Assembly (NCBI GenBank): GCA_963706025.1 | Contig: CAVPLM010000003.1 | Location: 1-64,000 of the forward strand | Length of the DNA: 64,000 nucleotides | Direction: 5' to 3' | Origin: an uncultured Actinomycetes bacterium | GTDB lineage: Bacteria; Actinomycetota; Thermoleophilia; RBG-16-64-13 | Shown here: positions 49,769-60,527 of the stretch, piece by piece | Layout of the letters: each line of letters opens with the position of its first letter | Position numbering within the stretch: position 1 is the stretch's first letter | Notes under the pieces: model-generated | What the model was told of the DNA's origin: nothing | Database searches by the model: none | Seen by the model: only the letters and a program-made list of their open reading frames with translations | Program-made: the position numbers and the translations under genes

Positions 49769-52238
49769 CTACCTTCCAGCCGCGTCGAGCGATTTGAGCA
49801 ACTGGCCCGTGCGGCCCGCGACCACACCGAGTCCCGTGTTGTTCAGATGCACTCGGTCGGGGCTGAAGAACCTCGGATCGAGTTCGCAACCCTGCAGCCC
49901 TATGAATCGGTCGGCGCCCACATCGACGATCGCGTCGGCGAACCCAGGCCATGTTGCCCGTATCAGTCTGTTGAGCGTCTGCCGGTCGGCTTCGAGATTC
50001 GGAGGATAGACTCCGTCTGATCGAGGGAGCGTGGTCAGCACCACCACCGTGTATCCGGCCGCTCTTCGCCCCAAACAGTATTCCCTCAGCCGCGAATAGA
50101 CCGTCCCTGGGGTGTGGGCCCAGTGCCGCATGTCGTTGGTCCCGCCCCACACGACGACCACGTTCTGCCCCAGATCGGACCGGTATAGCGGATCCACTTT
50201 GGATGGAGCGTTGGCGAGCATGTCCTGTAGCCTCTGCCCCCCGATGCCGAGATTCACCCACTTCACGCCGGGACGGAACCTGCGCATCAACTGACTGGGG
50301 TAGGGATCCGTGGCGGTGGAGCCCGCGGTCAGCGAATCCCCGTCGAAGACGATGTTGCCGATGGGTTCGATGGTCGGTACGTGCGGCACGGCCCCGCTGC
50401 TCGAGCCGCCCGCGGCTCCCGAGGGGCCGGTCGGGAAATCCGAATCGTAGAGGGGACCGCGAACACGTAGCAAGTTGGCCAGTAGCTGGGCTATCTCGCC
50501 ACGGGTCGCCGGCGCCAGGAGATCCCAGCCCGATAGGTCGATTCCGTCGAGGAGGCCATTGTATTCGGCCGTATGCGCGTTGGCTCCATGATCGGGATCG
50601 GAGAACCCGCTCGTTCCACCGGTCCAGTCGGCTGGGGGTGAGGCGAGAGCCCAGGGGAGATAGACTCCGGCGGCGCGGACCACCAGAGTGACGGCCTGCG
50701 CCCGGCTGATCGAGGCCCAAGGCCGGAACAACCCCTCGCGATAGCCCTGGACGAGCCCGTAGTGATACGCAGCCGACACGTACTCCCGAGGATAGAGAGG
50801 AGATACGTCCTGTCCCAGATCGAGGAATGGAGCCGGCAGTATTCCCGGGTAGACCGGCATGCCCAGTGTCCCATCCAACATTTTGGCCATCTGTGCCCGC
50901 CGGACCGGCTCACCCGGGCGGAAGGTGCCATCGGCGAACCCGCCGATGATCTGCTTCGTCCACAGACAGGCAACTGCTTCATAGTAGAGGTCGCCGCGCT
51001 CAAGGTCGGAGAACGGTGACCGGGTGGGGAAAGAGGCGTTCCAGCCGAAAGACGAGGCAAGCAGGGCCAGCTCCGGCCCGGCCCTGCCGCCCATATCGAC
51101 GACCCGAAAGATATCGCTTCGCCCCCCGCCCATCGGCACCAATTCGACATAGGGCACGTCCCCGCCATCCCCTCCGTAACACCAGCGATAATCGAAAGCC
51201 TCGTTGTTGGTCACGTCCAGAAGGTCCTCGATCGCACGGTCCGTCATTTTCACGAGGTGGACCGCGTCGCCACTCCCGTCCACCCTGGCTAGGAGGAAGC
51301 CTTGGCCGCCCGGCCCAGCTTGAGGCGCCCAGCCGTTCGGTATGGACACCTGGGATTCCCTGCCCGTATCGAGGGCGTAGACGTAGAAGCCTCGATTGGC
51401 GGGAAAGGACTCGGCATTCCTGTCGAATGCGATAGACAGACCGGTCACCGAGCTGAATACTCACCTCGGAGCCGGAGGCCGTTTCGGAGCCGGAGGCCGT
51501 TTCGGAGCCGGACCCGACCTCAGGGCTGTAGATCGGCTCAGAGCCGGCCGACGCGTTGAACTCGCTCGCGACCCAGCATCCGTTGCCGGCCCCTTTGATG
51601 GACAAGACCGGCTCACCCGCGGCGTCGACGACGTTGAGCGAGGCCGCGCCACTTCCCCGCGTTTCATAGAGAACGTAGCGCCCGTCGGGGGATACGGCCG
51701 GCGACGACGCGTCCTCGATCCTCCACGCGACCCGCTCCTCGCCCGCGCCTGCAGGTGGTCCGTCAAAGACCACCGTTGTGCGCTGGTCGCCGTCCACCAG
51801 CTCCCGCTCTTCCCACGCCAAGGCGCCACCATCGAGAGACCACGCCGGATGACCAAGGGCCTTGCCTTGGGCGGGCACGACCATCGCGACGCCCACTGAC
51901 TCCTCGTAGCGCCAGATGTCGCCGAGGTGGACGAAGTACAGGACGCGGGCCGGCGCGCCGCTGCCGGCCCGCGCCTGGGCGGCACCGGGCGCGTCTTCGG
52001 CGGCCGCGGGGGTGGCAGAAACCGCCCACAGGCCGGCCAGTACAAGCAGGAAGACCAGGAGCCGAAGCAGCGCCCAGCGTGCAGAGCATGGGCGCCCATT
52101 CGTTTCCGTGGACGACCCACGCAGGCGGCCCCGCCCTCGGGTCCTGCGCCGCTCCCGCGAGCTTGCACGGCTGCACGTGCCCCCGTCACGCGTGCTGCGC
52201 CGCTCCCGCGCCTCGGCGATCGACCCGACCACCTTCAT
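49769..52238 (-). CDS. secreted TolB-like / SLH / SGNH-hydrolase multidomain protein; frameshift near 51450, start uncertain
   Basis: Signal peptide ending AAA-E, PAWSLDG and PAVSPDG blades, three SLH motifs (GFADGTFRP..RAQ), SGNH blocks GDSLT, GTND and DRVH. Confidence 0.8.
51466..51512. repeat. 18-bp tandem repeat, about 2.6 copies (encodes SGSETA)
   Basis: TCGGAGCCGGAGGCCGTT repeated. Confidence 0.8.
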
Positions 52239-52352
52239 GCTTCTTCCAGCTTCCTCAAAGATCCACGCCCCCACGCGCCCGTCGTATCGCTACTTGTCCC
52301 TGGCCGACGATATCGTATGATGGCGAAAAAGACCGAGAGGTTTCAGGTGAAC

Positions 52353-53036
52353 ATGGCAAAAGGAACAGGGGCGACAGCGAAGGAGTCCGGAGCCGCTCAC
52401 GCCCGAGAGATCATCGCCCGCTTGAGAGAAGAGTATCCCGACGCCGGTATCGTGCTCGATTACGGCAGTGATTGGGAGTTGCTCGTGGCCGTCATCCTCT
52501 CCGCCCAGTGCACGGACAAGATGGTCAATCAGGTCACAGCCAAGCTCTTTCAGAAGTACCGCACCATCGAGGACTACGCCTCCGCCGAACCGGCTGAATT
52601 CGAGATCGACATCCGGCCCACGGGCTTCTTCCGCAACAAGACGAAGCACATCATCGCCGCGGCGCAGAAGGTCCTGAGCGACTTCCAGGGAGAGGTACCC
52701 GCCAGCATGGCCGAACTCCTGACTCTGCCGGGGGTCGCGCGAAAGACCGCCAACATCGTGCTGGGCAACGCCCACCCGGACGCCTATTCCACTGATCCCG
52801 ACGCGGGCATCGCCGTGGACACGCACGTGAACCGACTCAGCCAGAGGCTCGGCCTGGCGACATCTTCCGACTCCGACAAGATCGAGAGGGAGTTGATGGT
52901 TATCGTCCCCCGAGCCGATTGGTTCCGGCTGACCTACCTGCTGATCGAGCACGGTCGCGCCGTCTGTATGGCCAAGCGCCCCCGCTGCGGGGAGTGCCTG
53001 CTGCAGGACATCTGCCTTTCGGCGTTCAAGGTCTGA
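52353..53036 (+). CDS. nth: endonuclease III
   Basis: [23 protein letters not shown] and C-x6-C-x2-C-x5-C. Confidence 0.96.
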   Translation: MAKGTGATAKESGAAHAREIIARLREEYPDAGIVLDYGSDWELLVAVILSAQCTDKMVNQVTAKLFQKYRTIEDYASAEPAEFEIDIRPTGFFRNKTKHIIAAAQKVLSDFQGEVPASMAELLTLPGVARKTANIVLGNAHPDAYSTDPDAGIAVDTHVNRLSQRLGLATSSDSDKIERELMVIVPRADWFRLTYLLIEHGRAVCMAKRPRCGECLLQDICLSAFKV

Positions 53037-53048
53037 CCCGCCGGGCGG

Positions 53049-53077
53049 TTGACGCTTCCGGTCCTCGCCTATACCAT
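53049..53077 (+). promoter_or_regulatory. sigma-70 promoter upstream of paaK
   Basis: TTGACG-N17-TACCAT. Confidence 0.7.
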
Positions 53078-53161
53078 CGCACAGTCGATCTACGGCCCTA
53101 CGTACCGGCCCCAGGGTCGGACGGGGGACAGGTGAGCCGCGCTACGCAAGGGGAACAACGC

Positions 53162-54520
53162 ATGATCAGAGACCGGAAGCACGAGTGCATGAGCCGCAAG
53201 GAGCTCGGGCAGCTGCAGGGAGAGCGCCTGGGCGCCCAGGTCAGACGGGTCTACGAGCGGGTCCCCTTCTACAAGAACCTGTTCGACCGTGAGGAGATCG
53301 TCCCCGAACGCATCCACGGTCTCGACGACCTCCCCCGTCTCCCGTTCACCACGAAGCACGGCCTACGCGACAACTACCCCTTCGGTCTTCTGGCGGTACC
53401 GCCCAAGGAGGTGGTCCGTATCCATGCGTCGTCGGGCACCACCGGGAAGCCGACCACCTGTGGCTACACCCGTGGCGACATCGACATGTGGGCTGAAGTC
53501 ATGGCCCGCTCCCTTGTAGGCGCGAGCACCACCGACGAAGACGTGGTCCAGGTCGCCTACGGCTACGGTCTTTTCACCGGAGGACTGGGGGCTCACTACG
53601 GGGCGGAGTTGATCGGCGCCTCCGTCATCCCCATATCGGGCAGCAACACGCAACGCCAGCTCATGCTCATGCAGGACTACGGCTCCACGGTGATCTGCTG
53701 CACCCCCAGCTTCGTCCTGTATCTCTGGGACGTGGCCCAGCAGCTCGGGCTGGACGTCACCAGTTTCCCGCTCCGGGTGGGAGTGCTCGGAGCCGAACCC
53801 TGGTCGGAAGCCATGCGGCGCGATATCGAGCAGAAATGGAACATCAAGGCCTGCGACATCTACGGGCTCTCCGAGATCATCGGTCCCGGCGTGTCGTGTG
53901 AGTGCATCGAGGCCCAGTCGGGTCTCCACATCAACGACGATCACTTCTTGCCCGAGATCATCGATCCCGAGACCGGGGAGGTCCTACCCGAAGGAGAGTT
54001 GGGCGAACTGGTCTTCACCACTCTGACCAAGGAGGCCATGCCGCTCATCCGCTACCGCACCGGCGATATCACCCGGCTGGATTCCGAACCCTGCATCTGT
54101 GGGCGAACCAGCACGCGCATGCACCGTGTATCGGGGCGCTCGGACGACATGCTGATCATTCGAGGGGTCAACGTCTTTCCCAGCCAGGTGGAATCGGTGC
54201 TGCTGATGTCACCTCAGGTGGAGCCGCACTACCAGTTGGTGGTGAACCGCAAGGGCGCCATGGACACCATGGACGTGCTGGTGGAGATCTCCCCGGCCCT
54301 TTACAGGGAAGTCTCCGAAGCCATCCTCTCGTTGGACGACGTCACGATGTTCACCGAGCACGACGCTCTCCTCGATCTTAAGCAGCAGATCCAGAAGAAC
54401 GTTAAGGACATCATCGGCATCAGCGTGAATGTGGCTTTCAAGGAGCCGGGATCTATCGAGCGCAGTGAGGGCAAGGCTCAGCGGGTGCTCGACCTACGCA
54501 AGGACCAGGGCGACAAGTAG
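53162..54520 (+). CDS. paaK: phenylacetate--CoA ligase family protein
   Basis: [33 protein letters not shown] and [16 protein letters not shown]. Confidence 0.93.
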   Translation: MIRDRKHECMSRKELGQLQGERLGAQVRRVYERVPFYKNLFDREEIVPERIHGLDDLPRLPFTTKHGLRDNYPFGLLAVPPKEVVRIHASSGTTGKPTTCGYTRGDIDMWAEVMARSLVGASTTDEDVVQVAYGYGLFTGGLGAHYGAELIGASVIPISGSNTQRQLMLMQDYGSTVICCTPSFVLYLWDVAQQLGLDVTSFPLRVGVLGAEPWSEAMRRDIEQKWNIKACDIYGLSEIIGPGVSCECIEAQSGLHINDDHFLPEIIDPETGEVLPEGELGELVFTTLTKEAMPLIRYRTGDITRLDSEPCICGRTSTRMHRVSGRSDDMLIIRGVNVFPSQVESVLLMSPQVEPHYQLVVNRKGAMDTMDVLVEISPALYREVSEAILSLDDVTMFTEHDALLDLKQQIQKNVKDIIGISVNVAFKEPGSIERSEGKAQRVLDLRKDQGDK

Positions 54521-54721
54521 CACCGGGGCGGCTCGCAAGGACCGCGACCGATCGGTGTCTGGCAGTTCCCGCATCCCCGCCCGGCGACAGCGATGGATAG
54601 CCTGAGCCGGACCGGCCCTGGATATCGCGTATGCTATGCTTGGGTATAGCGAAATGGACACCTCGGACGATCCTCCAAGTACCCGACTCCCCACGGCGCC
54701 CTTCCGCCGGGTGACCTCCCT

Positions 54722-56047
54722 ATGAGCACGACCGCCATCGAGATAATCGGCGTCGTCCTTCTGGTGGTCGTCAACGCGTTCTTCGTGATATCCGAGTTCG
54801 CCATCGTCAAGGTGCGCGACACGAGGGTGGCCGAGTTGGCCGCCATGGGCAGCCGGCGGGCGCGGGTGGCCGATCACATCGTCAATCACCTCGACGCCTA
54901 CCTGTCGGCGACTCAGCTGGGAGTCACCGTCGCCAGCCTGGGGCTGGGTTGGCTGGGCGCATCGGCTTTCACAGATATCTTCGACGTGGCCTTGAGTCGT
55001 ACAGCCGCGGCGATCCTCGCCTTCGTCTTTGTGACCTTCGTCACCATCATCTTCGGCGAGTTGGTCCCCAAGTCACTGGCCATACGCAAGGCCGAGCGCT
55101 CCACACTCATCGTCGCCTTGCCCCTACGCTGGTTCTACCTCATCACCCGCCCTTTGACCTGGCTCATGTATATCTCCGCGGCCGGCATCCTCAGAGTCTT
55201 CCGCATCCAGCCCGCGTCGGAACGCGATCTGGCCCATTCCGAGGAAGAGCTACGGATGATCATCGAGGCCAGTCAGGAAGGGGGCCACATCGACGAGGTG
55301 GAGCAGACCCTCATGCGCCGCGCCCTCACTTTCGGTGACCGCGCGGTGGGCGACATCATGGTGCCTCGCACCGAGATGGCCGCCCTACCCACCTCGACCC
55401 TCGTCAGTCAGGCTATCGAGGAGATCGCGGAGACGAATCACACAAGGTACCCGGTCTATGAGGAGGACGTCGACAACATCGTGGGCTACGTCCACGTCAA
55501 GGACCTCTACCGGATGCCGCTCGACGCCACCTTGCGGCGCCTTCTGCGCCCCATCGGCTTCATCGCCGAGACATCGAACATAGAGCTTGCTCTGCAGCGC
55601 TTTCAGAGCACGCGCACGCCGCTCACCATCGTGGTCGACGAGCACGGCGGCACGGCGGGCATCGTCACCATCCAGGACGTGGTGGAGGAGCTGATCGGCG
55701 AGGTTCAGGACGAGTTCGACCTGGAGGCGCCGGAAGTCGAGGACCGCGGGGACGGCAGCTACTCCATCGACGGTGGGGCCCGGATCGACTATCTGGAGAG
55801 CCTTCTGGGACTGGACGTGCCCGAAGAGGGCTTTCCCACCTTGGGTGGCCGGGTCTTCGAGCAGCTGCAGCGACGCCCCCAGGTGGACGACGAGGCTCAG
55901 ATAGGCGAATTCCATGCCCAGGTCCTCGAGGTGGACGGGATGCGCATCTCCCGGGTGCTCCTCAGCCGGCGCGCTGCGGAGGAAGAGGAAGGCGAACTTG
56001 AAGACGCGGAGGGCGCCGAGCCCGGCGGCGAATACTCTGACGACTGA
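54722..56047 (+). CDS. hemolysin/CNNM family protein (DUF21-CBS-CorC)
   Basis: NAFFV.SEFA, QLGVT, GELVPK, MVPR, TRYPV and VDEHGG. Confidence 0.93.
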   Translation: MSTTAIEIIGVVLLVVVNAFFVISEFAIVKVRDTRVAELAAMGSRRARVADHIVNHLDAYLSATQLGVTVASLGLGWLGASAFTDIFDVALSRTAAAILAFVFVTFVTIIFGELVPKSLAIRKAERSTLIVALPLRWFYLITRPLTWLMYISAAGILRVFRIQPASERDLAHSEEELRMIIEASQEGGHIDEVEQTLMRRALTFGDRAVGDIMVPRTEMAALPTSTLVSQAIEEIAETNHTRYPVYEEDVDNIVGYVHVKDLYRMPLDATLRRLLRPIGFIAETSNIELALQRFQSTRTPLTIVVDEHGGTAGIVTIQDVVEELIGEVQDEFDLEAPEVEDRGDGSYSIDGGARIDYLESLLGLDVPEEGFPTLGGRVFEQLQRRPQVDDEAQIGEFHAQVLEVDGMRISRVLLSRRAAEEEEGELEDAEGAEPGGEYSDD

Positions 56048-56152
56048 CCCGTGACCGGCTCGCACCCTGAGTCCGTCGAGATGCCTACCTGATTTCGAGC
56101 CCGAGCTGCTGTTGTGCGCCCCCGATCGCCGCAGCAGGGTATCATTCGCCGC

Positions 56153-59100
56153 ATGAGACCGATCGAGGTACCGTTCGATTCTGACGCCCTTCGGGCGAAC
56201 CTTGCAGGCACCACTCAAGAGGTGGTCATTCCCGACCGCTATCTGCCACTGGTCCAGGCCGTCGACGGCTTGTACGGTGTACGCACGCCCCTGACCGAGA
56301 CCCTGGCCGAGTATTTCCACGCCTTTCGCAACGTCGACCTGCTCATCGACGGCTTTCAGACCATCCTTCTGCGCAATTGGACCTACTTCGAGCGTTCAGA
56401 AGACCGCGCTCGGTGCTTCGGGCTGCTCTCCGAACTGGTGCTCGACCTTCTCGATACCCCACTTACCGAGGGGCAGACGTCGTTGTTGCTGCGCCAGTTG
56501 CTCTCTTGGTGCACCACGGCTCTGCGCGGACCCTTCTCCGACGCTTACGACGACAGCCTGCAGGCCGTAGCCGAATGCCTCTCCCGATCGCTTTCCCGGC
56601 AACCGCTTGCTTTCTTGGAGCGGGACGCCCTGGTGCGTGGTGTTGTCGAGCGAGCCGCGAAACGGCCTGCCGTCGAACTGGTGTTCTCCGAGCTCTACCG
56701 GGACCTCCTGCTTCTGGGGTACCGGAGGCTGAGCGAGCGACTGCCCATACCCCAATGGGCCACTTCGACCGAGGCAGAGCTCGCCGACGCCGAAGCCGTC
56801 GCCGCCAACTTCTCGCTGTTGGCCCCAGAGCGGATCGCCGGACTCATGGCACGAGCGGAGAGTGCGTCGCTCCCCGACCTGCTGTCCCCTGAACTTCCGG
56901 TCTTCTCCGCCATCCTCGACCAGGCCATCGACCAGGTCTTCCGGATCGATGACCTCGAGGATCGCTTCGCAGTCTGCCTCTATTTCCTTAAAGACGACAC
57001 CCTGGGCTACCGTCAAAACGAGGTGATGGTCGACCTGCTGGGAGTGATCAGACAGCTCATGAAGCCCGAGCGGCACATGGACGTCGATCGTATCCTAAGC
57101 CGCCTCACCCGCTTCTTCCGGGCGCGCGACAACCAGTTCCTTCTCATGCGCTTCCAGTGCTACGAAGCCATCGGAGTGGCTATCGGCGAGGCAGGCAACG
57201 TGGCGGCGGCCGACCACGTCATCGAGGACGTGCTCTCCTGGCGGTTCCAGTACCCCGACATAAGGGGCGCCACGGACGACTGGGAGACGATGGTCAACCC
57301 GTTCCACCTGCCCAAGATCCGCTGCTGGATGCACATCGTCGAGTCCAATCCCTCCCTCTACGAACGATTGGCCGCCGCCCTCAACGTGCAGCTGCGCCTG
57401 GGCGGCGTATACATCGCCGACACCGACCTCTTCCAGCGTGATGTCACCCTCTTCCTGAACGCCGATATCCGGCCCATATACTTCGTGGCCAAGCAGTTGC
57501 TCCGAGCGTTCCCCGTGTACTTCAACGACGTGGGCGCCGAAGGCGAGTTGCGGTCCGTGTCTACCGAGATAGACGAGATCTGTGGGCGTCGGGACACGCT
57601 CATGCATTTCATCCGCAAGCAATCCCACGCTGAGTCGTCCAACCGCTTGGTGGCTTTCAGCAGGGCGGTGCTCTCCTATTGGATGACTCTGGACCCCTCC
57701 GGTCTGGAGCCCTACATTTCGGCCAATACCATGGCCGCCGTGCACCGGGAATCGGAATGGGCCGAGGAGCCCCACGCTGTTCTTCTCGGACTTTGGGCGG
57801 CTCTCGAGGATGGGAGACGCCCAGACGGGAACGCGGGGCCGAACCTGGAGTCGTTCCTCGATCGGTTGGTCAGTCTCCCGCCGTCCGCGCTGGAGGAACT
57901 GGTCGGCGGGCTGCCCGGGCCGGAAGACAGCGGCTCGACGGGCCCCCGCCGGGTCCTTCTCATGGTCCGCACCTATCAGCTACTCGCCCAGAAGTACTCG
58001 CTGTCGGCCGACAATATAGGTCCGGCCGTCGCTCACCATCTGCAACTCGACGCAAAGATTCGGCTCAAATTCGCGAGGGCCTTGCGCGCCTGGCAGGCCG
58101 AGCCCAAAGCCTCGGCCCGCGACCATCTGCTCGACGTGGCTCTGACCGTGCTCGAACAGTTGAAAGACATCATCTTGAATCCCTCGCCATCAGTGGCGGT
58201 GGAGAACATCTACCAGAAGCGGCATATCGCCGCCGGCATCCCCTCCATGTACGGCAACTACAGCGAGCCGAAGTTCGATGCTCTGGGCCTTTCCTTCCGG
58301 GTGGAGAACCTGGTGGCCCGCTTGCTTGAGGACCTGGTTACCGAGGGCACCGACGCGTATGTGACCCGCGACTCCCTGCGGCGAATGGCCGTCGCCATAA
58401 GACGGTTCGAACGCGCCTTGGCGGCGGGTGGCGTTGATTCCCGCAACCTGGCCGCCAACCTGCGCCTGCTCGAGTCCAGTTTCAGCAGCCACAATTTCAC
58501 CTTCCATCAGTATCGCAACGTGTTCCAGTTCATCGTCGGCTCGGTCACCGAGTTGTCGCGCACCTCGATACTCAGCCACGACCAAGTGCTGCGCGCGGTA
58601 CTCGAACACGACCCCCGGCAGTGCGAAGCCCGCTGCCTCTCGCTCGACGCGACGGCCGAGGTGGTCCTGCGGGAAGTGCTGGTCACAGCTCTGGGCATGC
58701 AGACCCTGGACCGCTACGTCTCCGCTGCTCTACACCAGATCTCCACCCTTGCCGGGCGCCTTAGCAATCAGGCCTTGACCCGGATGATGAACTACGACCC
58801 CGAACGCCTGGTCTCCCCAATACACGAGGCCAAGCCCAGCACGGACGACCAGATGACCCTGGGCTTCAAGGGACTGGGGCTCAAGCAGATGGCTTCGTAC
58901 AAGCATCGAGTCCCCGAGGGCTTCATCCTCAGCACCGAGCTGTTCGGCGCCTGGCCTGCCATGTCTCACCGGCCCCTTTACGACGACACTCTCGAGCGTA
59001 TCCGCAAAGCGCTGGGCCGTCTGGAGAGAGAGACGGGGCTCCGTCTGGGCGACCCCGCCCGCCTGCTCACGCTCTCGATCCGATCCGGCGCGGCCATTTC

Positions 59101-60340
59101 CCTGCCAGGGCTCATGACCACCTTCGTCGACGTTGGCCTGAACGACAGATTGGCGGAGGCTCTCTCGCGCCGGCCTGGATTCGATTGGGCAGCCTGGGAT
59201 TCGTACCGGCGGTTCCTTCAGTCGTGGGCCATGGCGTCGGGCGTCGACCGGGACTTCTTCGACGGGATCATGAACGAGTTCAAGCTGCGCTACGGCATCG
59301 AACGCAAGCTCGACTTTCTCCCCGAGCACATGCGCGAACTGGCCTTCACGTACAAGGCCCGCGGCCGGGAGCTGGGGGTCAAGTACACCGACGATCCTTT
59401 CCGCCAGGTCGTCGGCTGTATGCGGAAGGTCCTGGCATCCTGGGATTCGCCCGAGGCCAAGCTCTACCGCCGTTACCTCGGGGTGGCCGAGGAGTGGGGC
59501 ACCGCCGTTGTGGTGCAGAGAATGGTCTTCGGGAATCTCAGCCGCGAATCGGGTTCTGGTGTCACGTTCACGCGCAACCCCTTGGAGCCGTATAGCAGCC
59601 AGGTTCGGCTTTTTGGCGACTTCACCGCCCGGAGCCAAGGCGAGGACCTAGTGGCCGGCCTTGTGTTCCCCCTGCCCATCTCCGAAGCGCAGCGCCTCGG
59701 CAGCCCCACCTACCGGGGCATAGAGCATTCTCTGGAGCGGGATTACCCGGAGGTCTACCTGGCACTGCTCGCAATCGCCCGGGACCTGGTGAACACGCGG
59801 GAGTTCGACCCCCAAGAGATCGAGTTCACCTTCGAGTCCGCGTCCGGACAGGATCTTTACGTCCTTCAGAAACGGGCGATGGTGCAACAACAGACGACGG
59901 AGATGCCCTATTTCGACACTTCCTCGCCGCACTTCGGCCCGCCCGCCGCCGTAGGCATGGGGGTGGCCGGTGGCGCCTACTCAGGAAGAGCGGCGATCAA
60001 CGCCCGGCAGATCTCCCGCCTCCTCGCCCACGCCCCTGACGACAACATCCTGCTGCTCAGGCCCGACACCGTGCCCGAGGACATCGCCATGATCGCCCAG
60101 GTCTCCGGCCTGCTCACCGCCAGGGGCGGAGCCACGTCACATGCGGCCGTCACCGCCAAGCGTCTGGGGAAGGTCGCCGTGGTCGATTGCCGAGAGTTGG
60201 ATGTGGTCGAGCACCGAGGGGTCGCGTACCTCGCCGGAACGAAGATCAAGGCCGGCGATTGGCTCTCCATAGACGGCCGTACCGGCAATATCTTCTGGGG
60301 ACGCATCCCTACTCTGGCGCGACCCATCATCTCCCTCTAG
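56153..60340 (+). CDS. PPDK-derived dikinase-like protein: unassigned N-terminal domain, nucleotide-binding domain and phospho-His domain, no pyruvate-binding domain
   Basis: LGFKG, SIRSGA, VQRMVFGN, SGSGVTFTRNP, QGEDLVAG, EIEFT, GGATSHAA. The protein ends 65 residues after the His. Confidence 0.85.
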   Translation: MRPIEVPFDSDALRANLAGTTQEVVIPDRYLPLVQAVDGLYGVRTPLTETLAEYFHAFRNVDLLIDGFQTILLRNWTYFERSEDRARCFGLLSELVLDLLDTPLTEGQTSLLLRQLLSWCTTALRGPFSDAYDDSLQAVAECLSRSLSRQPLAFLERDALVRGVVERAAKRPAVELVFSELYRDLLLLGYRRLSERLPIPQWATSTEAELADAEAVAANFSLLAPERIAGLMARAESASLPDLLSPELPVFSAILDQAIDQVFRIDDLEDRFAVCLYFLKDDTLGYRQNEVMVDLLGVIRQLMKPERHMDVDRILSRLTRFFRARDNQFLLMRFQCYEAIGVAIGEAGNVAAADHVIEDVLSWRFQYPDIRGATDDWETMVNPFHLPKIRCWMHIVESNPSLYERLAAALNVQLRLGGVYIADTDLFQRDVTLFLNADIRPIYFVAKQLLRAFPVYFNDVGAEGELRSVSTEIDEICGRRDTLMHFIRKQSHAESSNRLVAFSRAVLSYWMTLDPSGLEPYISANTMAAVHRESEWAEEPHAVLLGLWAALEDGRRPDGNAGPNLESFLDRLVSLPPSALEELVGGLPGPEDSGSTGPRRVLLMVRTYQLLAQKYSLSADNIGPAVAHHLQLDAKIRLKFARALRAWQAEPKASARDHLLDVALTVLEQLKDIILNPSPSVAVENIYQKRHIAAGIPSMYGNYSEPKFDALGLSFRVENLVARLLEDLVTEGTDAYVTRDSLRRMAVAIRRFERALAAGGVDSRNLAANLRLLESSFSSHNFTFHQYRNVFQFIVGSVTELSRTSILSHDQVLRAVLEHDPRQCEARCLSLDATAEVVLREVLVTALGMQTLDRYVSAALHQISTLAGRLSNQALTRMMNYDPERLVSPIHEAKPSTDDQMTLGFKGLGLKQMASYKHRVPEGFILSTELFGAWPAMSHRPLYDDTLERIRKALGRLERETGLRLGDPARLLTLSIRSGAAISLPGLMTTFVDVGLNDRLAEALSRRPGFDWAAWDSYRRFLQSWAMASGVDRDFFDGIMNEFKLRYGIERKLDFLPEHMRELAFTYKARGRELGVKYTDDPFRQVVGCMRKVLASWDSPEAKLYRRYLGVAEEWGTAVVVQRMVFGNLSRESGSGVTFTRNPLEPYSSQVRLFGDFTARSQGEDLVAGLVFPLPISEAQRLGSPTYRGIEHSLERDYPEVYLALLAIARDLVNTREFDPQEIEFTFESASGQDLYVLQKRAMVQQQTTEMPYFDTSSPHFGPPAAVGMGVAGGAYSGRAAINARQISRLLAHAPDDNILLLRPDTVPEDIAMIAQVSGLLTARGGATSHAAVTAKRLGKVAVVDCRELDVVEHRGVAYLAGTKIKAGDWLSIDGRTGNIFWGRIPTLARPIISL

Positions 60341-60527
60341 AGCCGCCCGCCTGGGCCGGCCATGAGGTCACCTAACGACGCGACCGTACTCCGATGTCCC
60401 TGCGCGCGCTGGAATCCGGGCGCTTCTGGAAGTACCCTGGAAAGAAGAGACACGCGTCCGCCGCCGAACCGCAACGGCACCGGCGCTCGGACGGTAATCG
60501 GAATCTAGGAGATGGGAGGCCTGGCCA

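Noticed and set aside
47769-50009. Long antisense ORFs (746 aa here; also 22770-24491, 18727-19701, 44972-45961)
   Set aside because: They are shadow frames of well-supported genes in high-GC DNA, with no motifs.
54620-54655. GCTAT-N8-ATAGC palindrome as a ModE box
   Set aside because: The spacing and core do not fit CGnTATATA-N6-TATATAnCG. It overlaps a plausible -10 (TATGCT), and the downstream gene is unrelated to Mo/W.
56153-60340. Calling this gene ppdK
   Set aside because: The pyruvate/PEP-binding C-terminal domain is missing, so canonical activity cannot be assumed.
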